Notes: a model not told the origin generated them from the letters alone. A stretch of DNA of 64,000 nucleotides from Octopus bimaculoides (GCF_001194135.2 NC_068987.1:31910539-31974538), one strand, 5' to 3'; positions 13,794 through 27,520 are shown, counted from the first letter of the stretch. A program made the numbers and translations.

Positions 13794-15074
13794 TAAGGTG
13801 GCGAGCTGGCAGATTCAGCAGCAAGCTGGCTGAATCGTTAGCACGCTGGGCAAGATGCTTAGCAACATTTTGTCTGTATTTATGTTTTGAGTTCAAATTC
13901 CACCTTCGGAGGTCGATAAAATTAGTACTAGTTGAGCAGTAAGGTCGATCTAAATGACTTATTCCATCCTCCGAACTTGCTGATCTTGTGCCAAAATTTG
14001 AAACCAATATATATTTTATTTTTGTTAACTATTTCGTGCATGTTTTTATTGCATTACCGCTTTCAAATGACAATACTGCACGCATCTCTATGTACCTGAG
14101 GTCGGTGCAGCATTATCATTTGAAATTTTTAAATGTTTCATCAGTTTTGTATTGTTGTGACGTTTGTTTTATTGCTTTGGTAGTTTTTTACTGTTTCATC
14201 TGCAATGTAGAGCTTATGCATTTTGTGTTGTACAGGTTGCGATTGTGTTTCACATGTGTTAGGTAAGTGATGTGATGTGTACCAGTGTTGAACGGTGTCT
14301 GTCTAGAGTGAGTGCTATAAAGATTTGTGTTACGTGTTTTAGAGTTAGGTGGTAACTCTGTAGAGTATGTGCTTTTGCAGTTATGTTATCTGTTTGGCAG
14401 TTGTGTACTAAGTTGCTGGCTGCATGAGGGTTGTGATGTGACGTCAAATGTCGATTATATTGAATATATGTTAAATTATTGAGTGGTGATAACGTAGACT
14501 ATATAACTTATGTGCTATTTTGTTGGGCTATATTGTTTGTTAGGGATTACGTAAAGTGGTGGTTCCCTATCCGATTTTGTAGCGGAGTCCTTATGCGATT
14601 TTCCAAAAATTATGGAACCTATATTCTACAAACAAATTCCGCTTCCCTAATTATAATAATTATTAAATTAAACATAATTTTTTTAGAGAGATAATTTCGT
14701 TATATTTGAAAGAAATATATGATAAATAAATCATTAAAATGAAAAAAAAAAGCAGCGCTGGTTTTAGATATAAATCTGTAATTGATGTAAAATAATTCTC
14801 GAAAGCAGAATAATCCTTTCAACTATAGGCACAAGGTCTGACATTTTAAAGCAGGAAGTTAGTCGATTACCTCGACCCAAATGTTCAACTGCTAATTATT
14901 TTGTCGGCTCGAAAGGGATGAAAGGAAAAGTCAACCTCGCCGTTATTTGAATTCAGAACGTGAAGACAAGAAATGCTGCTAGGCATTTTTGTCCGGCGCG
15001 CTTACGATTCCACCAGCTCACCGCCTTTGAAAGGAAAAATAATGCGAAGAATGTTAGTGGTTCCTGAACTGCAA

Positions 15075-16900
15075 TAACCTCTGAAAATTTGGCTCAATAA
15101 TGGATAATTGAATTCACGTATCTGATGCAGCATCCAGTCTGTTGTGATGTTTTGTTTTGTGCTAAGAAATTTAGAAAAACCAGTTTTGCATAGAACTCAC
15201 AAACAAAACTCGAGTAATCCGTTTTTATAAATCCGGATATTCGTCAAATATATCGTACCATAAAATTATTACCAGAACTCTTTCAAACTTAACTTTTAAC
15301 TGTGTATCTGAATTAATATCAATTTAGTCTCTGTAATCCACTGCCGAAAATCCTATTGTTTCTTTCTGCATATGTAAATGGATTTCATTTTTACTAAGTA
15401 ATAATACCATTTTATCGAAATTTGGAAGATACCCAGAAATTCTAATGTAATATTCTGCAGAAATGATTTTTAATATCACTGCGGGTTTCAATCTCTAAAA
15501 TCCAGTTCATATTCTCAAAGACAATCACTAAAAATCAGAACGCTATGAAAAGTATTTTTTTCTACAGCTGAGATCCAGTATTACAATTTACTTGAAAACG
15601 GTACCACTTTATGGATCGGTTTGAAAGAACTATCTTTTTCTTCTTACTGGGATAAACCAGTTCCAGCTACGCAAATCTTCAAAGTCATCCTGCATTTGTT
15701 AATCTATCGCAAATTTATGTTCGATAAAATAGACCGACAGCTCCTTCTGTAATTTAAGCATTCTCACAAAAATACTATCTCGAGTGAGCTATCTAACATC
15801 TGTATGTAAAACTAAAATGTTCTAAAATCCTACCCCTCTCTTCCCGTAAAGTTTTTAAAATCCCATTGCAATGGTCCAGGTGTAATAAAATTACTGTACA
15901 ACATTGCTTCGCGTTGCATGCATGTAATTATCAAATAAGTTCTGCTTTTAATGTCACAGGCAACGTCGTTAAATACATCTTGATAAGGTAGTGTTGCAAA
16001 TAAATTCAGTTTCGACGACATTTTTAACAGAATCTGCACTAAACTTTTACGTAAAAGTTAAATAAATAATCCATCAATATGTGCCTCACAAACAAGAGCA
16101 CTGTTTTACTTCTGAGTTGAAATCCCTCCAACTTTACTCTTCAACTTCACTTTTCAACTTTCCGTAATCAGTAAAATAAAGCACCAATCAAGAACTGAGA
16201 TAAGTAAATCAACTAAATGTTCCCTTCCAATTTTAGATGCTGACATATTTTTCTAGTTTTTTTTTTAATGTTCTTTGTCTTCCACTCCATTATCAAACGG
16301 GCAACAAACATCAATTACACAACACATTCTTTGAGTATGACAAATATCAGGACAGAAATGCTCTATTTGCCTATCTTCTGAACCTTCGTATCCAGTAGTA
16401 TCTTTTCTCGTTTTCAAGGATATATTCTCTTTTATGGTTGCACCACTTTTCTGGATGTTCAAATCAAAAACTTTTACAAATTTGCCAATGCAAGTTGTCA
16501 GCTACTTTATAATGTTTTCAGATCTTATAACCCTCTGAGCAAGCATCTGCCATTCAGAGACTAAATATGTTGCCATCTCTGTTCTTTCATCTATACAATG
16601 CAGCCTTCATACTCTACAATGCAGCCTTATCTGTAATATATTCCTAATCAATATTCGTTCTTATACCTTATATAACTCGTTTTGATTGTTTAATCTTGCG
16701 CAAGTAGGATCAACTTCTCTGTCTCTTCAAAACTTCGTTTTTTAGCCGTCGGAATAACTCCCCATTTTCGATAACCTTCAGTATTATGCAAAAAATCATT
16801 CTGTATAAGCTTTTCTGTGCGAATCGTTGCTTTCTATAATAGCTTTGAAGATTTCATTGGATTCTTATTTATTCACCTAACATCGTCTCTCCTCTTACTG
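15075..16900 (-). mobile_element. Decayed hAT (Charlie/Buster, ZBED5-like) transposase
   Basis: Minus-strand frames at 15075-15240 give EYPDL*KRITRVL..LCKTGFSKFLSTK..HHNRLDAASDT*IQLSIIEPNFQRL, which matches the hAT C-terminal dimerisation domain. A GRILEHF-like motif lies near 15810-15840 and AKKRSFEETEKLIL near 16700-16750. There are many stops and frameshifts. Confidence 0.7.
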
Positions 16901-17044
16901 CTATGAAAAGAACCTTATCACTCTCATCAGCTTTTTAAAACTCGCTACATCTATTCTCTTATAGGCTTCAACAAGTGCCTGTTGATGTAAAGCTCTGTGA
17001 ATTACCATATAAGTTCTATATTTTCTAGATCTTTCTTTATCGTT

Positions 17045-17112
<68 letters not shown>

Positions 17113-17345
17113 TTTGGTAGTCTTATTTTTATCACGTGCTTTCACTGCACTACTGAGTGCAGCTCTGCGTACCCCGGGTATGTTCTGTGGCTTGTTGTGG
17201 TGCTCTTATTTTCACTGTATTGAAAGAGCTTTACGTAGGTTGTGCGCGGTATCTAGTAGTGTTATTTTCTGTATGTTATATACGTTCATAAGAGCTGGGG
17301 GTTTTGGTTACAATTTGGGATATGTATAGAGTTTCTTTTCTTCCA
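17113..17345 (-). mobile_element. 3' end of the same REL-type LINE family as 53480-53794, with a (TAG)n tail
   Basis: Reverse-complement similarity to 53620-53794 (gtgctttcactgcactactgagtgcagctctgcg...). The (TAC)n tract at about 17045-17112 is its tail. Confidence 0.75.
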
Positions 17346-17750
17346 AAAGAATTAGACTTATCTTGGAAAACGTATATAAATTTGCTCAAGCTTATCGAAT
17401 GCCAGGCGATTATGCACCACCTTGAACGATTTAGTCGAACAATATTCATATTTTTTTTTTTAGTTTGCTTCTTAGTCTATAGGTGATTTTGTACGAACCG
17501 CTAAGCTACAGGGATGTAAGCAAATCAACACCATTTATCAAATGGTTATGGAGACAACACAAACACACATATGTATGTACACACGCACACATACGACGTG
17601 CTTCCTCAAAGTTTCCGTCTACCACATTTATTGACTAGACATTGGAGCTATCGAAGAAGACACTTGCCTAAGGTACTGCGCAATGAGACTGAACGCTAAA
17701 TCATGTACCTGCAAAAGTACTTCTTAGCTACACAGCCATGCTTATTTATG

Positions 17751-17786
<36 letters not shown>

Positions 17787-18239
17787 NNNNNNNNNNNNNN
17801 NNNNNNNNNNNNNNNNNNNNNNNNNNNNNNNNNNNNNNNNNNNNNNNNNNNNNNNNNNNNNNNNNNNNNNNNNNNNNNNNNNNNNNNNNNNNNNNNNNNN
17901 NNNNNNNNNNNNNNNNNNNNNNNNNNNNNNNNNNNNNNNNNNNNNNNNNNNNNNNNNNNNNNNNNNNNNNNNNNNNNNNNNNNNNNNNNNNNNNNNNNNN
18001 NNNNNNNNNNNNNNNNNNNNNNNNNNNNNNNNNNNNNNNNNNNNNNNNNNNNNNNNNNNNNNNNNNNNNNNNNNNNNNNNNNNNNNNNNNNNNNNNNNNN
18101 NNNNNNNNNNNNNNNNNNNNNNNNNNNNNNNNNNNNNNAGGCTTCCAAAGAATAAGTTCTGGGGTCGATTTGCTCGACTAAAGGTGGTGCTCCAGCATAG
18201 CCACAGTCAAATGACTGAAACAAGTAAAAGAGTAAAAGA

Positions 18240-18315
<76 letters not shown>

Positions 18316-18950
18316 ATGTATGTATGTAGGTAGGTAGGTAGGTACACAGATATACATATATGCACATATAATACACATACATAACAAATACAAGCTCATG
18401 CGTATACACACACATACAAATATACACACACATACAAATATGCACACACATAGAAGCGCACATAGATATATACACTCGCACGCATGTATATGCATACACG
18501 TCCACAGACACACACGTATACGTACATTCTTTTCTTTTTGCCCTTCAATTGGAGATTGAGTCATAAGAGAGCTATTATGACACACATCATATCTTGGGCA
18601 CATACGTGTGTTACTTTAGTGTTCCACACTGAGAGAAAGTACTCAACGTTGGCTGGAAGACAGTGAGATAGTGAATATTTATATCAGCAATTAAAGCCTG
18701 ATAGTTTCTCAAGCATCTGAATAATCCCCGTCTCCACTCTACGAATGGGAATCCCAAGGAATTGCATGGTTTACTAAGTATAATTTTAATAATGAATCAT
18801 ATATATATATATATATGTATATAGGTGCTGGAGTGGCTGTGTGGTAAGTAGCTTGCTTACCAACCACATGGTCCCGCGTTCAGTTTCACTGCGTGGCACC
18901 TTGGGCAAGTGTCTTCTACTATAGCCTCGGGCCGACCAAANNNNNNNNNN

Positions 18951-18990
<40 letters not shown>

Positions 18991-19261
18991 TTTATCCCCC
19001 CCCCAGCATCGTTTGCGTTTGCGTCCCCGTAACTTAGCGGTTCGGTAAAAGAGACCGATAGAATAAGTACTAGGCTTACAAAGAAAAAGCACTGGGGTCG
19101 ATTTGATCGACTATAAAGGCGGTGCTCCAGCAAATGACTGAAACAGGTAAAAGTGTAAATGAGTATTTATATATATATATATATACATATATTATATTTA
19201 TACATATTTATAAACATACATTATATATATAAATATATATAAACACACACATATATATAGG

Positions 19262-20198
19262 TGGACCTAAGAAGCATCAGAGAGACGATTGCGCTGGTAT
19301 AGTCATTTGGCGAGAATGGATGAGGATAGCTGTGTGAAAAAGTGCCACAGCCTAGCGGTTGAGGGTACCTGTGGAAGAGGTAGACCCAGGACGACCTGGG
19401 ATGAGGTGGTGAAGCACGACCTTCGAACATTAGGCTTCGCTGAGGCAATGACTAGAGACCGAGATCTTTGGAAATATGATGTGCGTGAGAAGACCCGGCA
19501 AGACAAGTAAGACCATAACCCGTGGCCTTTGCCAGGGGTGTAGCTAGCCCACTTATGCGTACCTTTCCTTCTTTGGACATAAATCCCTGCGTGCGAAGGC
19601 CTGTTGAGGCAAGTGAAATCGAAATCGAACCAAATTCAACGACTGGCACCCATACCAACCTTCCTTCATTGGACTCTAAACTCTGCTTGCGTAGACCTGT
19701 TGGGGCAAGTGAAATCGTAACTGAACCAAATTCGATGACTGGCACCCGCGCTAGTGGATTGCTAACAACACCATCAGAGCGGGATCACTGCCAGAGGAGC
19801 TGTCTGGCTTCCGTCGTGCCGGTAGTACGTAAAAAGCACCATTTGAGCGTGATCGTTACCAGCGTCACCTTACTGGCACTTGTGCCGGTGGCATGTGAAC
19901 AAAACATTCGAGCGAGGTCGTTGCCAGCGCCGCTGGACTGACTCCTGTGCAGATGGCACGTAAAAACACCATTTGAGCGTAGCCGTTGCTAGTACCGCCA
20001 GACTGGCTCTCGTGCTGGTGGCACGTAAAAGAACTCACTACACTCTCAGAGTGGTTGGCGTTAGGAAGGGCATCCAACTGTAGAAACTCTGCCAGATCAG
20101 ATTGGAGCCTGGTGCAGCCATCTGGTTCGCCAGTCCTCAGTCAAATCGTCCAACCCATGATAGCATGGAAAGCGGACGTTAAATGATGATGATGATTA
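19262..20198 (+). mobile_element. RTE-clade LINE 3' end with a long 3' UTR and (GAT)n tail
   Basis: RWYSHLARMDEDSCVKKCHSLAVEGTCGRGRPRTTWDEVVKHD is the RTE C-terminal RWFGH..GRGRP..W motif. The 3' UTR has a ~97-bp internal duplication and repeated GTGGCACGTAAAA motifs, and ends in AAATGATGATGATG. Confidence 0.85.
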
Positions 20199-20551
20199 TG
20201 ATACATATATGTNNNNNNNNNNNNNNNNNNNNNNNNNNNNNNNNNNNNNNNNNNNNNNNNNNNNNNNNNNNNNNNNNNNNNNNNNNNNNNNNNNNNNNNN
20301 NNNNNNNNNNNNNNNNNNNNNNNNNNNNNNNNNATATATATATATATATATATATAAGCTTTACTGTACGAAAGAATATATCTATAAGTTTTAACCCATT
20401 CTGTCAATGAACCGTTTATCTGTGTGTGTATGAGCACGCGTGTGCAGATGTCTACGTGGGAGTATAATATGAAGCTAGATGGGAGCTACGTAACTTATTT
20501 ACTATACATTAAATCAGTTCAACACAGCAATCTGATGTGTGTGTTTGCGTG

Positions 20552-20582
<31 letters not shown>

Positions 20583-23245
20583 GTGTTTATAGGCTTTTAA
20601 GCAAATTATTCAGTCTTCTCTATTTTGACAATTTAAGTGAAATTATTTCGAGAATATAATTTGTTGAGATTTTACAGAATATAGAAACACAAAATATGAA
20701 GTTAACCATATATCTCGTCAGTAAATTGTTTGAAATATATCTTAACAAAATATGGATGTTTCTATTGAAAATAGAAGCGCAAAATAATGGTTTGATAATC
20801 CGAAAATCTAAATTCATTCAAGCAACAAGTCTTCATAGAAATATAATACTTTTAGTTTTTTTTAATATATTTTCTTGTAGTTTTATAGATTGTTAATTCT
20901 CATGAACGCGTAAAAGAGGTGTTAGAAAATTATTAATATTTCCATAGGAAAATACATCAGTATTTTCCATAAAAACATTTTTTAAGAGGAAACATTCATG
21001 CATTTAAATGATTCCTTCACGAATCTTTTCAGGCTTTTACTAAGAGGAATTAGGTTCCATATATTTTTCATAAATATTGAGATCAATGTGATAGACTAAA
21101 GCACTTGAAGACCCTGAAATAACGCTCCGGCAATATTTCTAACATATATATGGAGGTGAACAGGCAGAGTCATTAGCACACTGGGCAAAATGCTTAGCGA
21201 TATTTTGTCCGTCTCTACGTTCTGAGTTCAAATTTTGCCGAGGTTGACTTTGTCTTTCATCCTTTCGGTGTCGATACTGGTAATGGATTTATACATCGAA
21301 GAAGTAGGATCTCCCAAGACATATAAATAGAGGTAGTCTGGCCGTGGTAGGAGTGTTGAGTAGCAGTCGAGTAGCGGTTAAGTAGAGATCATCCGAAGGG
21401 GCTAGATAACAGTAGCTTAAGACATAACATACATCTTCCCCCGGAAATTACTGGCATTGTTTTAACATTTGAAACTAATATTTTTATCGTATGTGATAGT
21501 CCCTAGCTATCTATATCTCAGGTAAAACTAGCAGATTATTTGTACCTCAAGTGAAATTGCATTATCATTTATATCTACTCCCAGTTTATCTCAACTTATT
21601 TCTTTAAAACACGATACTTATTCTCTTGGTTCTCTTATGCCAACCTGCTTACGAGGACGCAAACAATCCAAAACTTGTTGTCAAGCGGCGTGGAGGGCCA
21701 AACACAATCTCTCTCTCTCTCTCTCTCTCCCTCTCTCTCTCTCTCTCTCCCTCTCTCTCTCTCNNNNNNNNNNNNNNNNNNNNNNNNNNNNNNNNNNNNN
21801 NNNNNNNNNNNNNNNNNNNNNNNNNNNNNNNNNNNNNNNNNNNNNNNNNNNNNNNNNNNNNNNNNNNNNNNNNNNNNNNNNNNNNNNNNNNNNNNNNNNN
21901 NNNNNNNNNNNNNNNNNNNNNNNNNNNNNNNNNNNNNNNNNNNNNNNNNNNNNNNNNNNNNNNNNNNNNNNNNNNNNNNNNNNNNNNNNNNNNNNNNNNN
22001 NNNNNNNNNNNNNNNNNNNNNNNNNNNNNNNNNNNNNNNNNNNNNNNNNNNNNNNNNNNNNNNNNNNNNNNNNNNNNNNNNNNNNNNNNNNNNNNNNNNN
22101 NNNNNNNNNNNNNNNNNNNNNNNNNNNNNNNNNNNNNNNNNNNNNNNNNNNNNNNNNNNNNNNNNNNNNNNNNNNNNNNNNNNNNNNNNNNNNNNNNNNN
22201 NNNNNNNNNNNNNNNNNNNNNNNNNNNNNNNNNNNNNNNNNNNNNNNNNNNNNNNNNNNNNNNNNNNNTATATATAAATGGAACAAAAATGCAATAGAGG
22301 ACAATAAAACATCCGGAGAGATAGACGATACAAAGACGGACAAGAAAGTCAACAAAAAGACGGACAGTAAAAAACAAGGACGGGTCATTCGTAGTTTTCT
22401 CTCGTCAGTCAAGTTTCCAAATTATCTTTACATTTCGGCCTGTTACACTTGAGACTGTTCAAATCTTGCTGGCCGCACAAATCTAAGCTAAGAGCATTAA
22501 ATATTTTGGGAAAAAGTAAGCGAATGTGTACGACAACCAAAACAAAAAAAACGACAAATTAAAACGGAGAAAATGTTATACAAATACAAACAACAAGAAA
22601 ACAACAACAGGTTTCTTTTGACTGATAGAGATGAATTAAATTGAGTTGGCATGTGTGGAGTGAAGGTCTTGAGGCAGAAACATAGACGAACATAAGAGAT
22701 GAAAGTCATGATACAGGAATATAAGAGATACTTCGTGTACAGCAATCAGGTCAAGAAAGATCATGCTTGGCCGAACACCAGTCACATGGAATGAAAGGAG
22801 AGAGGTAGGGGTCAGACGGGTAGAAGAATTAGGGGGAAATTGGGAAAGAGAGAATCAAAGGGACATAGAGAAAGCACAAGGGAGATAAACAAGGAGAAGT
22901 AGGTAGATTAAAGAAAGAGAAAGTCAAGAAATGTGAGAGAGAGAGAGGGAGCGAGGAAAGAAAAGAGGAAATAAAGATGAAAGTATGAGGAGGACTAAAA
23001 AAAGAGTTAAAATGTCGTAAAGAATTTAGATACATGCGTACTTACATGGTGAGCAAAAGTGTACATACGCTATATGCATATATAAATATATATGTACATA
23101 TTTATGTATATATAAATCCCCAAAATGGAACAAGAACGCAACAGACGACAACAAAACATCCGGACAGATATACGAACAGGAAAAACTATATCTGTATATA
23201 TGGTGCTCCAGCATGAGTGCAGTCAAATGACTGAAACAAGTAAAA

Positions 23246-23282
<37 letters not shown>

Positions 23283-23399
23283 AAGGCTATTTGAGGAATT
23301 AGGCTCTACGTATTTTACAAACACTGGACTTCTTTCAGTTTCCGTCAACCGGAATACACTTAGTAAGCTTTGGTCATCTTAAAACTCCTACATTTTCTC

Positions 23400-25740
23400 C
23401 ATCCCAGGTAAAACTGACAACATTAACTCTGTCTTGGATAACAGTGTTAAATTACAAGTATCTTGAGCAACGTTTTATATCTTAGGTAAGATTGTCTATG
23501 AATTATCTTAAAACTTACAGATTATCCATAATGTACTCTGATTAACTACCTGATAATCTATTGCGTGAGTAAAATATCAGTTTATATCTTAGGAAACTCT
23601 AGTAAATTAACTCTCTAGCACTTCTAGATTAACTTTATTTTAGGTAACTTCTCCAATTATTATTATCTTATAATATTATCAAATTATATTTTATGTTAGG
23701 TAACACTCTCAGAATATGTAGGTAAGGCTACAAAATCATCAAATATTTAACACTCGCATATTATCGTTATCTGAATTAAGGCTCCAAGTACTCCCTCTCC
23801 ACCTCTCTTCCTCACTCCCTCACTCCCTCTCCTCCTCTTTCTCTCTCTCTCTCTCTTACTCTCTCTTTCTCAGATAACATTCACAGATTATATCAATGTT
23901 TGGTGGTTTTCTAAGATTATTTCCAAACGAGGAAACACACGATGGTTATCTTTATCTCAAGTAACACGCTCTCAATTATTAAGCAAGGTATTACTTTGTA
24001 ATACTGCAAAACTATGTCAAATATTTTCTGTTTGAGGTAAATCACTCAGTCTCGGATACCAGTCGCAGATTATCACAGCTTTTATTACTGGTTTATCATT
24101 ATTTTAATTAACAATAAAATAAATTTCTCTATCTAACGTAGGAGTACCATCTCATCTCTGTCTTAGATAAAATTTGCACATACCTTAAGTAACAGTCTTA
24201 GAGTACCATTACCTCAGGCAACATTCCCAGATTATCTCCTTCAAAAATAAAACTCTTAGATTACCGTTATAATTCTTGACACTATGATAATCCCTAGCTT
24301 TCGTCGACATTTTGAAATTATCATTCTCTTAACACTTCCGTAATACATCTATGCTAAGTAACACTTGATTATTGCTGTCTTAAGTAACACACTCATAGAT
24401 TATTCCAGAATTATCTCAGAGATACTAAATTATCTCTTTCTCAGATAATACTCTCAGATAATTGTGTCAGTCTTGGGTTACACTGCCAGAATATTTTTAT
24501 AAATAGCACTTTTTTATTATCACCATCATAGGTAGCAGTTTTAGATAACACTTCCAGACAATAACACCCCGAGATTATCTATAACTCAGACAACATTCCC
24601 ATATTTCTTTCTCTAGTTACGCTACAAGATTATCTATATATTAAGTAATAATCCTAGATTATCTCTATCATAGAAACAGACTTCTATCATCTCTAAAGTA
24701 ACATGCAGCAATTTTTTTCTGAAGTTATACTGTCATAATGAATCTATAATGCATAATAACCTCATATAATCTGTCTTATTTCTTATTTAGCCAGCTCAGA
24801 TTAACTCTATATTGTAGGTAACACAGATAGATTACCTCCATCTTAGATAACACTAACAGATTATCTATAACTAGTCCTAGATTAATTGCATCATAAGTAA
24901 TACTCTTAGTTAACAGCCAGATTACCTCTATATTGATTAACACAATTGGTTTAGTCGCATTTTAAAGTAATTCTCTGATTAAAACTGGCTCATTATCTCC
25001 CTCCGTCTTAGGTAACTCTCACAAACTAACTCTACCTCAGGTAACAGTTTCAGATGATCTTCGTCAGAGTTAACACTATCGGATTATTACCATCATTGGT
25101 GATGGCAATAATCAGGTATGCGCTGTGTCTAACTTTATTTTTGGTAATAATCCCAGATTATCTATATCTTAGGTAACACTACCAGATAACATTGACATAT
25201 TGTCTAAATCTTAGGTAACATTGCTAGATTATATCTAATTTATGTCACTGTTACCTTATATCTAATTTATGTCACTTTTACTTTTCCGCTGTTACCTCAT
25301 ATATTAAAATGTCGCCCTTTCAAAGCCTAGCCAGGCTCAGGGGCCTGGTTTCCCGGTTTCTATGGCGTATGTGTTTCCCCCAGTTGGACGGGACGCCAGT
25401 CTATCGCAGCGTTACTCAAGAAACAGGAAAAAAGAGCGAGAGGAAGTTGGGGTATAACAGGGGTCGCCACCACCCCCTGCCGGAGCCTCGTGGAGCTTAA
25501 AGTGTTTTCGCTCAATAAACACTCACAACGCCCGGTCTGGGAATCGAAACCGCGATCCTCCGACCGCAAGTCCACTGCCCTAACCACTGGGCCATTGCGC
25601 CTCCACCTTATATATTACATAACATTATTTCTATCTTAATACATCGTTATTGTCTTAATTAACATTACCAGAATATCTCATATCTTAACTAACTTTGTCA
25701 GGTTAATTCATATGAAGTAACACGCTATCAGATATTCCTC
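23400..25740. repeat. Degenerate ~29-31-bp minisatellite, consensus close to CAGATTATCTCTATCTTAGGTAACACTCN
   Basis: AGATTATC/AGATTACC and (A/C)GGTAACAC/AAGTAACAC recur at about 30-nt spacing, e.g. 25154-25182 and 24829-24857. It is interrupted by (CT)n near 23810-23870 and by the SINE at 25306-25607. Confidence 0.7.
25306..25607 (-). mobile_element. Well-preserved tRNA-derived SINE (Arg-like head; V/Meta-like central domain)
   Basis: The minus strand reads GTGGAGGCGCAATGGCCCAGTGGTTAGGGCAGTGGAC..GGTTTCGATTCCCAGACC (A and B boxes), then GATAGACTGGCGTCCCGTCCA..GAAACCGGGAAACC. Related copies lie at about 3595-3831 (-), 10228-10275 (-) and 50047-50270 (+). Confidence 0.8.
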
Positions 25741-27028
25741 TGCATCTACCGAGATTGAGGAAAACTAAAATAATTGTTACAAAATGCAATTATGCCTACG
25801 ACCGCTGTGAATCTGAACAAAAGATTAATGCGCAGGATAGTTCCATACGATGCCCACATGACCAGTTTATATCTACTCATTTTTTTCTATTTATCCATCT
25901 CTCCCTCTCGTTTCTCTCCCCCTCTCCCTCTCTCTATCTCTCTCTTTCTCCCTATCTATCTATCTGTCTGTCTGTCTGTATTTCTCTTTTGTCTCAATAA
26001 GATAAAATCGACATAAATTGTAGATATAGATAAACTTCTAATCACAAAAGGACGAATTTATTTAATTATTGAGACCGTTATTTAGGAGTTTTAGTTGATA
26101 GTGTCGATTCTTGTATATTACTGGTGCTTATATTATCGACCGTTGAAAGATGAACAGCAAATCTTATGCTTATTTTCGCAGAAGGTCAGCAATTTTAAGG
26201 AGAAGAGGAACTCGATTATATCGACCCGGCCCCAGTGCTCAACTGGTAATTAGAGCAGAAAAAATACTGCTGGGCATTTTTTTTCTGGCACGGTAACGTT
26301 TTCGCCAGATTCTGAAGAGGACTACCGAAGCAAAATCATCCCCGGCAGAAGAGCAGGCCATCACCACGAGATATATCGAAAAAAATATTCATAAATCTTG
26401 TGTTGGATATTTCCAGAAACAATAAAGCATATTGTATTCTACGATGTCTTTCACCAGCTTCACCACATGTCTACTTTGGAGACACAATAACATTATAAAG
26501 TTATTCTATATATACTTAACCACAACATTTCACATTATTCAAGAAAAAGATCCGGTGTACTTATAGTAACCTCTCCCAATCTTAAAAATAACAATGTGAA
26601 AAATATTATGGAACTTTATGATACAGGTAGATCACCATTTGGAATATAAGCCTGGCATATTTCTCCATGGTAATAAGAATACTAAGTAGCAACATAAGTC
26701 TACCAAGTGACTATAATGTTGTACAGAAGCAATCTAAAAAGTTTTTTTTTAAATAAATAAATAAATAGTTGTTGAATAAATCAGTTAACGAATGAGTCTA
26801 TCATCACATCTGTAACTGGTACAAGTGGAGTGATACACAATCCTTTATTCAAGGCCATCGATATATTACCTATAATTTTAAACACGGAACGTCCTTTGAA
26901 CACTTTTATTAACTTTAGACATTCTCATTAACCTTAAATATCGCTGTTGACCTTGGATGCGTACATGACTTTTGTCCAAGTTGTGGCATAATTCTTGTTT
27001 TCAGAAAGAAAAACAAGATGACCATACT

Positions 27029-27106
27029 TATAAATCTGAACCTGAAAAATTCCCCCTCCTCCATCACCTAATAATGTTTATTCAAATTTCAGGTGTTGCA
27101 GTACCG
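27029..27106 (+). promoter_or_regulatory. Candidate TATA box and short non-coding first exon (or a 14-nt micro-exon 27093-27106) of the elevenin gene
   Basis: TATAAAT at 27029-27035, a pyrimidine-rich stretch about 30 nt later, and a good donor ccg|GTAAGA at 27107, 265 nt before the acceptor at 27371. An acceptor-like atttcAG at 27092 also allows a micro-exon reading. Confidence 0.3.
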
Positions 27107-27398
27107 GTAAGACAGTACTTCACTGAAAAGTTTAAATAAAACAGTCCAGAGTTGTCTTTGCATTTAACGAAGACTTCTACATGTTCCACAGTTAGATTTT
27201 TAAACTTTTTATCAAAATATCGTAGTAGGCTTCCTTCACAAGAATTAATTCATTAATCTTGTACAGGTGTAATTTTAATTAACTTACATTGTTATCACAT
27301 GTTATCTTCAACTCGACTAAATAATATAATTAAACATGAATCTAACATTGCATATTATTGTTTCATTGCAGAAGCAAGTTTACTATAGATCCAGAACA

Positions 27399-27520
27399 AT
27401 GTTACAACTGTGCAACAAAACATACCAGAAGTGTTTGGTATGGACGATTGCAATCCTTCTCCTCACAGTTCATATCAGTGAACAGAGTAGTCCAGGAATG
27501 AAGAGGAAAATAGACTGTCG
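27399..27520 (+). CDS. elevenin: Elevenin (L11-type) neuropeptide precursor, first coding exon: signal peptide, KR site and start of the mature peptide
   Basis: Acceptor tgtttcattgcAG ends at 27371, ATG at 27399, donor cg|GTAGGT at 27521. The exon encodes MLQLCNKTYQKCLVWTIAILLLTVHISEQSSPGMKRKIDC plus 2 nt (CG). It has a hydrophobic signal-like core (CLVWTIAILLLTV), a dibasic KR and the IDC motif typical of the elevenin N-terminus. Confidence 0.9.

Noticed and set aside
15830-16462. ORFs of 69 and 65 aa as possible host exons or a domesticated ZBED gene
   Set aside because: They are off-frame pieces of a hAT transposase with many stops and frameshifts.
23400-25740. Regularly spaced ~30-nt motifs as a possible CRISPR-like array
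   Set aside because: Eukaryotic context; the whole unit is degenerate, with no identical repeat and unique spacer alternation and no cas genes.
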